Below, one piece after another: positions 9,928-18,779 of a stretch of DNA of 64,000 nucleotides; the stretch's first letter is position 1; the number at the start of each line of letters is the position of its first letter. Source of the DNA: a virus (lineage: Duplodnaviria; Caudoviricetes); IMG/VR virus record IMGVR_UViG_3300028048_000038, positions 288,001 through 352,000 of that record; one strand, 5' to 3'. The notes beneath the pieces were generated by a model, which saw only the letters and a list, made by a program, of their open reading frames with translations, ran no database searches and was not told the origin of the DNA. The translations under genes and the position numbers were made by a program.

Positions 9928-9939
9928 GTAAAACTAGGC

Positions 9940-10070
9940 TTTATAAGACTAATTGGAGAAGAAACTGATGTATATGAAAATAAAAACGAAATCATAAAAC
10001 TGATTAAAAATGGAAAATGATGAAACTGTTTATTTGTGTTTTATAAGACTAATTGGAGAAGAAACTGATG
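9940..10070 (+). repeat. 31-bp perfect direct repeat (9940-9970 and 10040-10070)
   Basis: tttataagactaattggagaagaaactgatg occurs twice, 100 bp apart. Confidence 0.9.
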
Positions 10071-10411
10071 GATATTACAGATATGAGTTCATATTCACTG
10101 ATAATATCGATGAATTCTGGGGTGAGGGCTTTGAGTATAAACCTTGTTGTTTGGTGAATAATCTCATTCCAAATGATGAGTACATGACAGAGATTCATAT
10201 TGTGAAAATGAAGATAAAACTTGACTTAATACAAGATTCATGCTGCTTTGGCTTTCAAGATTGTACTGATGGCATTATTGCGCTAGCTTGGGAAAACATG
10301 GATGCATATGAGGATTATCCAGAGGATGGAAGGATATTCTTCAGATTCGGTGAAACTCTTGAAGAAGTTGAACGTAAACTTGCAATAAAGAATATTTTAA
10401 TGTTGAATTAA
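10010..10411 (+). CDS. hypothetical acidic protein
   Basis: 133-aa ORF co-directional with its neighbours. Confidence 0.7.
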   Translation: MENDETVYLCFIRLIGEETDGYYRYEFIFTDNIDEFWGEGFEYKPCCLVNNLIPNDEYMTEIHIVKMKIKLDLIQDSCCFGFQDCTDGIIALAWENMDAYEDYPEDGRIFFRFGETLEEVERKLAIKNILMLN

Positions 10412-10413
10412 CT

Positions 10414-10668
10414 ATGGTTGAACCAAAATTTCAAAAGGGAGATTATATAATCAGTAGAAATAGCGGTAATATGGGTATCATAAAAGGTATTACAAAAAAA
10501 GGATACTACCAATTCGAGGCATATTATGGTGCAATGTTTGATGAATTAAAAGACGTTAAGGATAAGAACTATGATTTACAAATTAATTACCAGAAATTCT
10601 ATGAACTATGTACGGAAGATGAAAAGAAAAAACTCAATGAGATAATAAAAGAAAAAGGAGAGAATTAG
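10414..10668 (+). CDS. hypothetical protein (possible SH3/KOW-like fold)
   Basis: KFQKGDYI..GIIKGI start typical of small beta-barrel phage proteins. Confidence 0.55.
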   Translation: MVEPKFQKGDYIISRNSGNMGIIKGITKKGYYQFEAYYGAMFDELKDVKDKNYDLQINYQKFYELCTEDEKKKLNEIIKEKGEN

Positions 10669-10680
10669 TTTCTCTCCTTT
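10652..10680. terminator. bidirectional terminator
   Basis: aaaggagagaa-ttagt-ttctctccttt over the convergent stop codons. Confidence 0.7.
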
Positions 10681-11060
10681 ATTTGCCTTATTTTATCTTT
10701 TTCAGAATTGAAACCTTTGGCAAATCTATCTTGCATCTTTAAATTTCCATTTCTTTTTTCTTTGGCATAATTTGACACATTATAATAATCATTTATGTTT
10801 CCACTTGTTGATTTTCTTGCAGCCAATCTGCCCAATAGACGTTGACCATCTTCAGTGTCTCCTATTTCATTTAATACTTTATTAACAGTTTCTTTTACAA
10901 TATTATGAAGGTCAGATTCTGTTAATCTGATTATTCCCTTTTTCATATTCTTTGACTCCATTTGTATGTTATTTTCATTCTGTTCCTTTGAAGCTTGATA
11001 CATTTTTCCAAACCCCATAGCTTGCGCCAATTCAAACCCATTCTTAAAAGGTAGTGCCAT
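10665..11060 (-). CDS. small protein with internal IIRLTESDLH tag
   Basis: IIRLTESDLHNIVKETVNKVLNEIG, near-identical to the N-terminus of 3182..3556. Confidence 0.65.
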   Translation of the reverse strand: MALPFKNGFELAQAMGFGKMYQASKEQNENNIQMESKNMKKGIIRLTESDLHNIVKETVNKVLNEIGDTEDGQRLLGRLAARKSTSGNINDYYNVSNYAKEKRNGNLKMQDRFAKGFNSEKDKIRQIKERN

Positions 11061-11062
11061 AT

Positions 11063-12466
11063 TTATTCATTGTTTAATTGTTTCATTATTCCTTCGTACA
11101 TGAAGTCTGCAACCTTCATGATTGAATCAAATACACTTGCACAGTTGTTTACATTCATTCCCCAATTTGCAAGGTAATTAAAATGTTCTTGTTGATTTTC
11201 ATAGCCAAATCCACTTAATACAATCCAAGCGCATAATTCAGCCTCTTGTTCGATAATGTCAGTACCTCTTAACATACTGCCGCCACGATAGAATTTCTTA
11301 AGGGTTGGATTTGTTGTACTGACAACCTCCCAGTGCATTATTTGGTGTGCTGTTTCATGAATTACTGTACTAAGTAAACCATGATTCTTCTTATCATCTA
11401 CAATTTTTACTTTTCCACTAATGCTAGCCGAACCACGTGAGCCACCCATTGTATCAACTGGTACAAACTCATAACTCTTAACACCAATTGATTTACCAAA
11501 CTCTATACAAGCATTGATTAATATTCTTTCTTTATTGGTTTCGTCACTGTCAGCATCATACCATTTGAAATTATTCTCTGGAAACTCTTCAGCGCCTTCT
11601 CCTTTAATCAAGTCTGAGATGTCATATGCAATATATTCCTTAAAACCTCCTTGTGGGTCTGGATACTTCGTTTCCCTATCCAATCTACGTTTCTGCGATG
11701 GAGTCAATTCACTGATTGCCTTTACCCCCTCTTTTTCAAGGAATCTTCTTACAACCTCATCATATTGAGCACCAAACAACTTCTTAAATGAAGCTGGCAT
11801 AGCCAATACGATTGGTGTTGCGTCTGGTTTTGGCGTATAGCCCATTTCTCTCCATTCACCCTTTGAGCGTACATCAGTAGCATTTCCTTTCTGTAAGAAG
11901 ATAAGAATTGTATTTAACAATGATAATTGATGTCCTCTATGCTTCGACATCTCAATTCTAAACCTCGTCAATTCTGCAAGTGCTTCCATTGTTTCCCTAC
12001 TACCAACACCTTGAGCAAGTTTCTTCTTAAATTCTTCAGCATTTGCGATAATACCATTACCATCAATACGTACTTGGTCACTTGCTTGTGCTTGCATGAT
12101 AATATCTTTCAACTGTTCAATTGATGCCAATACTTGTTCAATTGTTCTGTTGTTTCCACCCTCTGGTGGTGTTTCTTGACTTCCTATCTCTTCAGCAAAC
12201 TTTTTTATCAAAGGATAGACTTCTTGTTCGCTGCCATCCCAAATAATCCAACCCCAAGCTTGTGGTACACCCTTAACGTTTCTGATATATCTATTATATG
12301 GCAAGTATTCCATGCCATATTTTTTCATCAACTCTTTATTATTAAACGTGTTGTCAGTTGATAAATTTGGGTCTACATAAACCAATTTAAAACCTTTTCC
12401 ATTCTTGGTCTTTAATAACTCGTTTGCTGCTAATTCGTAATATTCTCTTAAAAGATTTTTTCTCAT
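11063..12466 (-). CDS. ArdC-like ssDNA-binding domain plus HExxH metallopeptidase (polyvalent-protein type)
   Basis: LSLLNTILIFLQ..ATDVRSKGEWREMGY (ArdC-N-like) and VIHETAHQIMH..EQEAELCAW..YLANW; N-terminal LLRE. Confidence 0.72.
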   Translation of the reverse strand: MRKNLLREYYELAANELLKTKNGKGFKLVYVDPNLSTDNTFNNKELMKKYGMEYLPYNRYIRNVKGVPQAWGWIIWDGSEQEVYPLIKKFAEEIGSQETPPEGGNNRTIEQVLASIEQLKDIIMQAQASDQVRIDGNGIIANAEEFKKKLAQGVGSRETMEALAELTRFRIEMSKHRGHQLSLLNTILIFLQKGNATDVRSKGEWREMGYTPKPDATPIVLAMPASFKKLFGAQYDEVVRRFLEKEGVKAISELTPSQKRRLDRETKYPDPQGGFKEYIAYDISDLIKGEGAEEFPENNFKWYDADSDETNKERILINACIEFGKSIGVKSYEFVPVDTMGGSRGSASISGKVKIVDDKKNHGLLSTVIHETAHQIMHWEVVSTTNPTLKKFYRGGSMLRGTDIIEQEAELCAWIVLSGFGYENQQEHFNYLANWGMNVNNCASVFDSIMKVADFMYEGIMKQLNNE

Positions 12467-12467
12467 A

Positions 12468-12857
12468 TTATTTAGGTAAAATTCTAATCATTAACTCATT
12501 TCTAATCGGCATATTGAGTATACCACTTGGATATGTATATGAATCATTCTTAATATTTCCATTAAAAGTAATTTCAAAAGTTCCCTTATATGAGCCAGCC
12601 TCCTTTGTGTCACGTGCTTTCCAATCATAGCATATGACGTATTGTTCTGTACAGTCATCATTCTCACGTAACTTAATATAAGCCTTTGCCTTTGCAACCT
12701 TTGTCACATTGGTATCAATGTTGACCATTGTAAATGTTATTTCAGCATTCTGAATACATTCATGAAACTTGTGAAAATCATGTCTGCCATCCTCAATTAA
12801 CTCCATGCGTAAAGTAGGGAGCGTACTATTCTGTTTCAAAAAGAAGAACTGTGCCAT
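12468..12857 (-). CDS. putative baseplate upper protein (BppU-N-like)
   Basis: FFLKQNSTLPTLRMEL..YDWKARDT..GSYKGTFEITF..P; start moved to ATG 12857. Confidence 0.5.
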   Translation of the reverse strand: MAQFFFLKQNSTLPTLRMELIEDGRHDFHKFHECIQNAEITFTMVNIDTNVTKVAKAKAYIKLRENDDCTEQYVICYDWKARDTKEAGSYKGTFEITFNGNIKNDSYTYPSGILNMPIRNELMIRILPK

Positions 12858-12922
12858 TGTATATTTCTTATTTCTTATAAATATTACCATTTAACAAATA
12901 TTTATTGTAAAAAATCAAGATT

Positions 12923-14233
12923 ATGTTAATACAACCAAAACCATATATGGATAAACTCAAACTACGTCACCATGCACATGGCACTGAGAGACGTAGGAAT
13001 ATGTCAAAGGTAATATTGGAGTATGGTACGCCATTTCCAAAACCAATCGAATTCAGTGACATAGACCAAACAATGTATGACTGGGTTGTAAAACACATAG
13101 ACGTTGTATATGATGGTAAGAAACTTCCTATCTATAAGCTATATAGCACGCAAAGACTAAGTGAGTATATACAAGAATGGGATAAACAAGATGAAACTGG
13201 AAATCCAATTATAAATTTCCTAACTGTAACTCGTGAACTTAATCCACAAAAGGGGGAAAGTCAAGGAAATTATTTTAATATCCCAGGTCATAAGGATTTC
13301 GCTATGTTCTATGTTCCAGTATTGCAAGAAAATGGTACTGAGGCTTATGATAAATATACAATGAAACAACCAACCCAGATTAATTTTATATATACCGTTT
13401 CTGTGATATCGAATAAGATGGAAATCATAAATAAGGTTAACGAACTTATGCATTATGAGTTTAATGCCATTGATTGTTATATTTCACCTAATGACCACCC
13501 AATGTCAATGACATTAGATGATGTATCTGACGAATCAGAATATACAATAGATGACCGTAAATATTACTCACAGTCATATAAGATAAAGGTTAGAGGTTAT
13601 ATCATTCGCAAAGAGGATTATAATGTTGAAAGAATACCTTCTAGAATGATTTTATCTTCACATGAATCTGATGCAAGTGGCATTGTAAATAGAAGAGGTA
13701 AGAATAGAAGGGAAGACGAAAAAGTTATATTTATGGAAGGTTTCAGCAATAAGATAGATGTAATGGCTAAAGATGACCATTGTGAAGTTATACCAATCGA
13801 TGAGAAAGATAAACCAAACATCATATATGAGCCTTCAGATGATAATGATAATTGTTGTGAACCAACTCCAAATAGATATTACAATAAAGTTATGAAGATA
13901 ATGATGAATTTCGATGATTGTACATTGGAATTGTCGTTTGTAATTGACAAAGACATGGTGCTTGAAACCGTAGAGACTACCAACGTACATGACTTCAAAC
14001 TTCTCATCAATGGAGAACTTATGAGCTTGGACAATGAAATAAAGTTTTATAAGGATGATGAAATAACAGTTAGAATCAGTAGGGAAGACCTGCAAGCTGA
14101 ATCAGAATTATTCTTAATAGGGTACGACCCTAATGTTGCCATAGATAGAGAGAATATTTCAGAGTCATCACTAGATGAGCCAAGTGATGAAGAAGACATA
14201 ATGATTAATTACCCTAACGAAGATGATATATAA
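12923..14233 (+). CDS. putative tail terminator/sheath stabiliser (T4 gp15-like) with C-terminal extension
   Basis: DIDQTMYDWV..FLTVTRE..QPTQINFIYTVSV..YSQSYKIKVRGYI; late-type motif upstream. Confidence 0.5.
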   Translation: MLIQPKPYMDKLKLRHHAHGTERRRNMSKVILEYGTPFPKPIEFSDIDQTMYDWVVKHIDVVYDGKKLPIYKLYSTQRLSEYIQEWDKQDETGNPIINFLTVTRELNPQKGESQGNYFNIPGHKDFAMFYVPVLQENGTEAYDKYTMKQPTQINFIYTVSVISNKMEIINKVNELMHYEFNAIDCYISPNDHPMSMTLDDVSDESEYTIDDRKYYSQSYKIKVRGYIIRKEDYNVERIPSRMILSSHESDASGIVNRRGKNRREDEKVIFMEGFSNKIDVMAKDDHCEVIPIDEKDKPNIIYEPSDDNDNCCEPTPNRYYNKVMKIMMNFDDCTLELSFVIDKDMVLETVETTNVHDFKLLINGELMSLDNEIKFYKDDEITVRISREDLQAESELFLIGYDPNVAIDRENISESSLDEPSDEEDIMINYPNEDDI

Positions 14234-15692
14234 AAGTTATATAGAAAAAACAGATACAATTATCTCAAATAGCAAACTCAATACTGGACTTAATCCTATT
14301 GCAGAGCTTGTATATGGCAAAGACACCATTGTATCTAGAGCATTAATGTATTTTGACCATTCTAAAGTCAAGAAACTAATGGATGATGGAATTATGCCGA
14401 ATATGGAGAAAATGAAACATGTTCTTCACATAACTAATGCTGGGTCTTTGGACTTTACGCAATTACATGAATGTGAAACAAGTTCAATCAATGAAAACAA
14501 GAAGATTCGTGCCACATCATTTGACTTAATCTTTTTCTTGATACCAAAGGAATGGGATAGCGGTAAAGGATTTGACTATTCAATGAATGCGTTAAACGTT
14601 GGCTATTATTCTCCAACACCAATTGACCCACAGAGATTGATATCTACTGATGGCTGCAATTGGTTTCAAAGGATGAATGGTCTTAAATGGGATGAAGAAG
14701 GTGTTTACAGCAATAGCACTCTTTCAGAAGAATATGACAAATTCTCTGCTGGAGAGTCTTCAATCATTATCGCAAGACAACACTTCGATGTTGGGAATGA
14801 AAATATAAACGTTGACATAACTAGCACATTCAACAAGTTTCTAACTAGCGAGTTAATGAACTACGGCATAGGTATTGCATTCTCACCATTATTGGAAACT
14901 ATGGAATCAGAATATGAGAATTATTTGGGACTTTTAACCAATAAGACGAACACATTCTTTGAACCATTTGTTGAGACTAGATATGATGATGTCGTATCAG
15001 ATGATAGAGCAAATTTCGTTCTTAACAAGAACAATAAACTATATCTATATTGCACAATAGGAGATACGTTACAAGACTTGGATAATAACCCAACTGTTAC
15101 AATTAAAAACAGTGATGAAGAAGCTATTATGGAGCTTGAATCACAAAAGCATACTAGAGGCATATATTATATCGATTTAAAACTCTCTAAGGGTGATTTC
15201 GAGGCTGATACGATGCTTTATGACACTTGGGGTAATATATCTTACCAAGGAACAAAATTGGACGATGTGGAACTTGATTTCACACTTAAAGACACGCCTA
15301 ATTTCTTTAATATAGGAAATTCACTAAATGTCACCAATACAACATTCACACCATCGATAAGCGGAATAAAGGAAAAAGAAAATATTAAACGTGGGGATGT
15401 TAGAAAGCTAATTGTATCAGCAAAGCCTAATTATACAGTTAACACTACACAATTGGTTGATAATATCGATATCAGACTTTACGTAAAAGATGGTACTAGA
15501 GAGATAGACGTAATCGAGTGGGATAAAGTTAATAAGGCATTCTCTGAAAACTTCTACGTCATAGATACAAACATCCTTATACCACAGAGATACTACGTTG
15601 ATGTTAAGATTACTTATGGAATGAATAGCATTATTCACCATGACGTTTTATCATTCAATATCGTAGATGATTTAAATAACAAATACGCATAA
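14223..15692 (+). CDS. putative virion structural protein (beta-rich)
   Basis: 489 aa; DTIIS..NTGLNP..SRALMYFD..WDSGKG..NYGIGI..P.VE.RYDD; coupled to the upstream gene. Confidence 0.5.
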   Translation: MIYKSYIEKTDTIISNSKLNTGLNPIAELVYGKDTIVSRALMYFDHSKVKKLMDDGIMPNMEKMKHVLHITNAGSLDFTQLHECETSSINENKKIRATSFDLIFFLIPKEWDSGKGFDYSMNALNVGYYSPTPIDPQRLISTDGCNWFQRMNGLKWDEEGVYSNSTLSEEYDKFSAGESSIIIARQHFDVGNENINVDITSTFNKFLTSELMNYGIGIAFSPLLETMESEYENYLGLLTNKTNTFFEPFVETRYDDVVSDDRANFVLNKNNKLYLYCTIGDTLQDLDNNPTVTIKNSDEEAIMELESQKHTRGIYYIDLKLSKGDFEADTMLYDTWGNISYQGTKLDDVELDFTLKDTPNFFNIGNSLNVTNTTFTPSISGIKEKENIKRGDVRKLIVSAKPNYTVNTTQLVDNIDIRLYVKDGTREIDVIEWDKVNKAFSENFYVIDTNILIPQRYYVDVKITYGMNSIIHHDVLSFNIVDDLNNKYA

Positions 15693-15693
15693 T

Positions 15694-15722
15694 AAAAGGT
15701 GGGCTTTTTACCCACCTTTTTT
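15694..15722. terminator. bidirectional terminator
   Basis: aaaaggtggg-cttttta-cccacctttttt. Confidence 0.8.
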
Positions 15723-15851
15723 GTATTGTTTGGAAAGCTCAATTACTTCCTTCATATCTTTCTGAAACATTGGTATTCCATCTTCTGGAAGATAACTGTC
15801 ATAGAAGAACAATATCTTCTCAAGTTTCTTTGTTAATGTGTTCTTGGTCAT
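15708..15851 (-). CDS. small hypothetical protein (47 aa)
   Basis: Hand translation MTKNTLTKKLEKILFFYDS..KKGG*; last gene of the early-type operon. Confidence 0.45.
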   Translation of the reverse strand: MTKNTLTKKLEKILFFYDSYLPEDGIPMFQKDMKEVIELSKQYKKGG

Positions 15852-16104
15852 TTTGTGCTAATTTAACGAATTTCTCAAGTACATTATCATTGCACACCGA
15901 ATTGATGCTAACAAAGTAATGTACCTCAATCGATGCTATTGACTGAACGATATTACCCCTCTTTTGATATTCCTCACGTATAAGACGTTTAATGGCGTTT
16001 CTAAGTGATTTTCTGCTAGTGGCACGTGCTGTTATATTCTTGTTTTCCACTAGATTTATCTCACCATCTTTGTCAGAAACGTAATATGATATTTTGTAGT
16101 TCAT
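15820..16104 (-). CDS. hypothetical protein
   Basis: 94-aa ORF; ATGA overlap with the upstream small ORF. Confidence 0.6.
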   Translation of the reverse strand: MNYKISYYVSDKDGEINLVENKNITARATSRKSLRNAIKRLIREEYQKRGNIVQSIASIEVHYFVSINSVCNDNVLEKFVKLAQNDQEHINKET

Positions 16105-16217
16105 TTTGCAAGTTTCATTACCACGTTGCCCAAATTTGCTTTCATACCCTCAGTTGATATACCAATAGAAACTCTACCATCGTTACCAACTACTATACTT
16201 CTAACGTTTTTCTTCAT
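16101..16217 (-). CDS. small hypothetical protein (38 aa)
   Basis: MKKNVRSIVVGNDGRVSIG..KLAK*; stop overlaps the next start (ATGA). Confidence 0.4.
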   Translation of the reverse strand: MKKNVRSIVVGNDGRVSIGISTEGMKANLGNVVMKLAK

Positions 16218-16255
16218 AACCCCTTATAATCGTTTAAAATACATTATTAGATTTG

Positions 16256-16468
16256 TCATGATTCAAATAGAACTAAAATACAACACACGATGAACCAAAT
16301 GACCACCACAACAAGGGCACAGACAAGCCATACCTCAATGCCAAACCAAATAATGTCACTGTAGGTCATTGCTGTCATGCCGACTTTCTTAAGTGCAATG
16401 AGAACACCAACAACTACTGCTGGAATTCCAACACTAGAACTAGCATAAGCTGACTTATTATTATCCAT
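16256..16468 (-). CDS. small membrane protein (2 TM)
   Basis: Two hydrophobic segments; first gene after a host-type promoter. Confidence 0.6.
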   Translation of the reverse strand: MDNNKSAYASSSVGIPAVVVGVLIALKKVGMTAMTYSDIIWFGIEVWLVCALVVVVIWFIVCCILVLFES

Positions 16469-16502
16469 TTCTCTATAATTTGTTTTTTATCGTTTCGTGC
16501 TG

Positions 16503-16534
16503 CAAAGATACGAATAAATTTAGAAATGACCAAA
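16503..16534 (-). promoter_or_regulatory. Bacteroidota primary-sigma (early) promoter
   Basis: TTTG-N20-TATCTTTG on the minus strand. Confidence 0.8.
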
Positions 16535-16571
16535 TTTTGAACTGAAATATAACGTTTATTAACGTTTTGGA

Positions 16572-16581
16572 GATATTTATA
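16572..16581 (+). promoter_or_regulatory. putative phage late promoter GATATTTATA
   Basis: Same motif recurs 16-28 nt before many structural genes (3576, 6417, 12876, 12897, 17530, 22820, 37162, 51021, 51685, 54567) and about 42 nt before the sheath gene (62269). Confidence 0.6.
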
Positions 16582-16628
16582 TAAAAATATGAGATGGTAT
16601 GGATGAAATCATTAAATATTACATAATC

Positions 16629-16669
16629 AAAAGCGCACTAGTTCTTCAATGGGCTAATGCGCTTTTTTT
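16629..16669 (+). terminator. terminator-like hairpin in the phoH leader
   Basis: aaaagcgcactagttc-ttcaat-gggctaatgcgcttttttt. Confidence 0.6.
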
Positions 16670-16683
16670 CTAAACTAATTTTT

Positions 16684-17493
16684 ATGGGAAAAAAGAAAAA
16701 CTTGAAGGAAAGCATCACTGAATTGGAAATGGAATTCATTGAGCAAAAGATGAAAGGAGACTGTGCTCTCAATTATCTTACATCGGAAGGGTTATGTTCT
16801 AAATTAAAAACACTTGGTTATAAAATAGATATTAAGTGTAAAAACGAAAAACAAAAAGAGTTCTTGAAATTACTTAAAAACAAAAATTACCAAATATGCT
16901 TTGGAGTTGGCTCACCAGGTACTGGAAAATCCTATCTCTCACTTGCATATGCACTTAAGGAGTTAAAGGACGGTAATTATTCAAACATCATTATGATGAT
17001 ACCTACGGCTCCAGCAGGAGGATTAGACCTAAACCTAGGCTACCTTAAAGGTGATTTAGAAACCAAGATACAACCATATCTTGAGTGTGATGAACAGACA
17101 ATCACAAAGATTTTAAGGAATAGTGGAAATGCTGACCCGTACATGACAGCACAATCCTTAATAAGTAATAACTACATAAAATACGAATTCATTAATTTTG
17201 CATTGGGTAAAACATTCGATAATGCCTTAATATGTGTCAATGAATGTGAACAATATACCAAGGAAAATCTAAGATTGATACTTACAAGATTGGGTGAAAA
17301 TAGTAAAATGATTTTAACTGGTGATTCTCTACAAACAAACCGTAGAGATATTGTTACAAAAAAATCAGAAAGTGGACTACTATACGCAATAGAACATATA
17401 GGTAAATTAGATGAGGTTGGAATCACAGAGTTTACAAGAGAAGACATAGTAAGAAATCCATTAATTACAAAAATACTAGACAATTGGGATTAA
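16684..17493 (+). CDS. phoH: PhoH-family ATPase
   Basis: GSPGTGKS, LGYLKGDLETKIQPY, GKTFDNA..NECEQ, LTRLGENSKMILTGD..Q, DIVRNPLI. Confidence 0.92.
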   Translation: MGKKKNLKESITELEMEFIEQKMKGDCALNYLTSEGLCSKLKTLGYKIDIKCKNEKQKEFLKLLKNKNYQICFGVGSPGTGKSYLSLAYALKELKDGNYSNIIMMIPTAPAGGLDLNLGYLKGDLETKIQPYLECDEQTITKILRNSGNADPYMTAQSLISNNYIKYEFINFALGKTFDNALICVNECEQYTKENLRLILTRLGENSKMILTGDSLQTNRRDIVTKKSESGLLYAIEHIGKLDEVGITEFTREDIVRNPLITKILDNWD

Positions 17494-17503
17494 TAATAGA
17501 TAT

Positions 17504-17529
17504 AAGGGTAGGTATTTTCCTACCCTTTT
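17504..17529 (+). terminator. intrinsic terminator
   Basis: aagggtagg-tatttt-cctacccttt. Confidence 0.75.
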
Positions 17530-17556
17530 GATATTTATAGAAAATATTGTTTTATA

Positions 17557-18735
17557 ATGGATTGGAACGAATTTTCACAAAGATTAAATGACAAAATGGA
17601 TAAAACATTTAAGCCAACCGTAGAATGGATGACAGCCAAATATACTGAAATGAATGATGAGTTGTTTGGTGGTGAATTGGGCGATTGTAGTTTTGCCATC
17701 TTTACTACTGGTCGTGGTTCTGAAGGTGGTACTCTTGGTTGGTTTAAGATAACTGGACGCAACATCTATATAAATAGATACAGCCGCAAAATGTATAAGA
17801 ATAACGGTTGGGAAAAGATAGACATTGATAGGAAGAACTTTGTTGGTTTATGCCAGCCTAGAATAGAACTGAATGGTAACTATAGCGGAACTGAGCATTC
17901 TTTCTTAGCTACATTGGTGCATGAAATGTGCCACTACTACACCTATATGTACGGCTATGCCCCAAAACAAGGGCATGGAAGAGAGTTCAAGGAGATTGGC
18001 TATATCGTATCACAGCGTTCAAATGGAATGTTTACCATACAAAGACTTGCGAGTGCCGAACAGATGACTGAAATGGAGTTAAACGATACAATGAAGGCTA
18101 AAAGGGCTAAAAGGTTAGCAAACAAAAAATCATCTGTAACCGCCATTATCGTTTTCACAAAAGAAGGAAAAGTCAAACTCACAATTACTTCCAATCAATC
18201 GCTAGTAAACATGATTTCAACTAGTGAGAAAGAAAGAGGTGATAATGTTGTTACAACAAACGATGCTGAAATTATAGAGTATTTATTCTCCAAGGGATAC
18301 AGAAAAAATATGAGAACATGGAGATATTGGAGTCTTGAAGATAAACCTTGGCTTGGTGAGCTGAAGAGTATGTTGCCAGAGGTTAGTGGGGAAACATTAG
18401 GAATAAGAAGACCAGCAGCGCAACAAGTTCCACCTAAACATACAAAAATGATATTCTCAATCAAAACAAGTAACGGAGTATTCGAGACTGAGGTAACAAC
18501 TCCAAACGATTTAAAAAGGAAACTTAGAGAAAGATTTCCAAAACTTAATGATGAAGCAATAGAAAGATTGTTCAATAATAATGCTAACTACAGAATGGTT
18601 GAAAATATAATGAATACAAAAACAATTATTAAGGAAGTTATTGAAGAATTCATGAGTAATGAGATGAATAATGATGCAATTGCAATAGACCCAGATATGA
18701 ACTTGGGGTTACAGTCACCGTTAGAAGGTGAATAA
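17557..18735 (+). CDS. SprT-like zinc metalloprotease with C-terminal extension
   Basis: NDELFGGEL..TLVHEMCH..GHGREFK; C-terminal IIKEVIEEFMSNE. Confidence 0.82.
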   Translation: MDWNEFSQRLNDKMDKTFKPTVEWMTAKYTEMNDELFGGELGDCSFAIFTTGRGSEGGTLGWFKITGRNIYINRYSRKMYKNNGWEKIDIDRKNFVGLCQPRIELNGNYSGTEHSFLATLVHEMCHYYTYMYGYAPKQGHGREFKEIGYIVSQRSNGMFTIQRLASAEQMTEMELNDTMKAKRAKRLANKKSSVTAIIVFTKEGKVKLTITSNQSLVNMISTSEKERGDNVVTTNDAEIIEYLFSKGYRKNMRTWRYWSLEDKPWLGELKSMLPEVSGETLGIRRPAAQQVPPKHTKMIFSIKTSNGVFETEVTTPNDLKRKLRERFPKLNDEAIERLFNNNANYRMVENIMNTKTIIKEVIEEFMSNEMNNDAIAIDPDMNLGLQSPLEGE

Positions 18736-18742
18736 AAACAAT

Positions 18743-18776
18743 AAAGCGAGATTCTTAGTTGAGTCTCGCTTTTTTT
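18743..18776. terminator. bidirectional terminator
   Basis: aaagcgagattc-ttagtt-gagtctcgctttttt. Confidence 0.8.
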
Positions 18777-18779
18777 CTG

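Noticed and set aside
9940-10070. 31-bp repeat pair as a mini-CRISPR or IS target-site duplication
   Set aside because: Only two copies, a 69-bp gap, one copy is coding, both are on the same side of the IS, and IS605-family elements make no target-site duplication.
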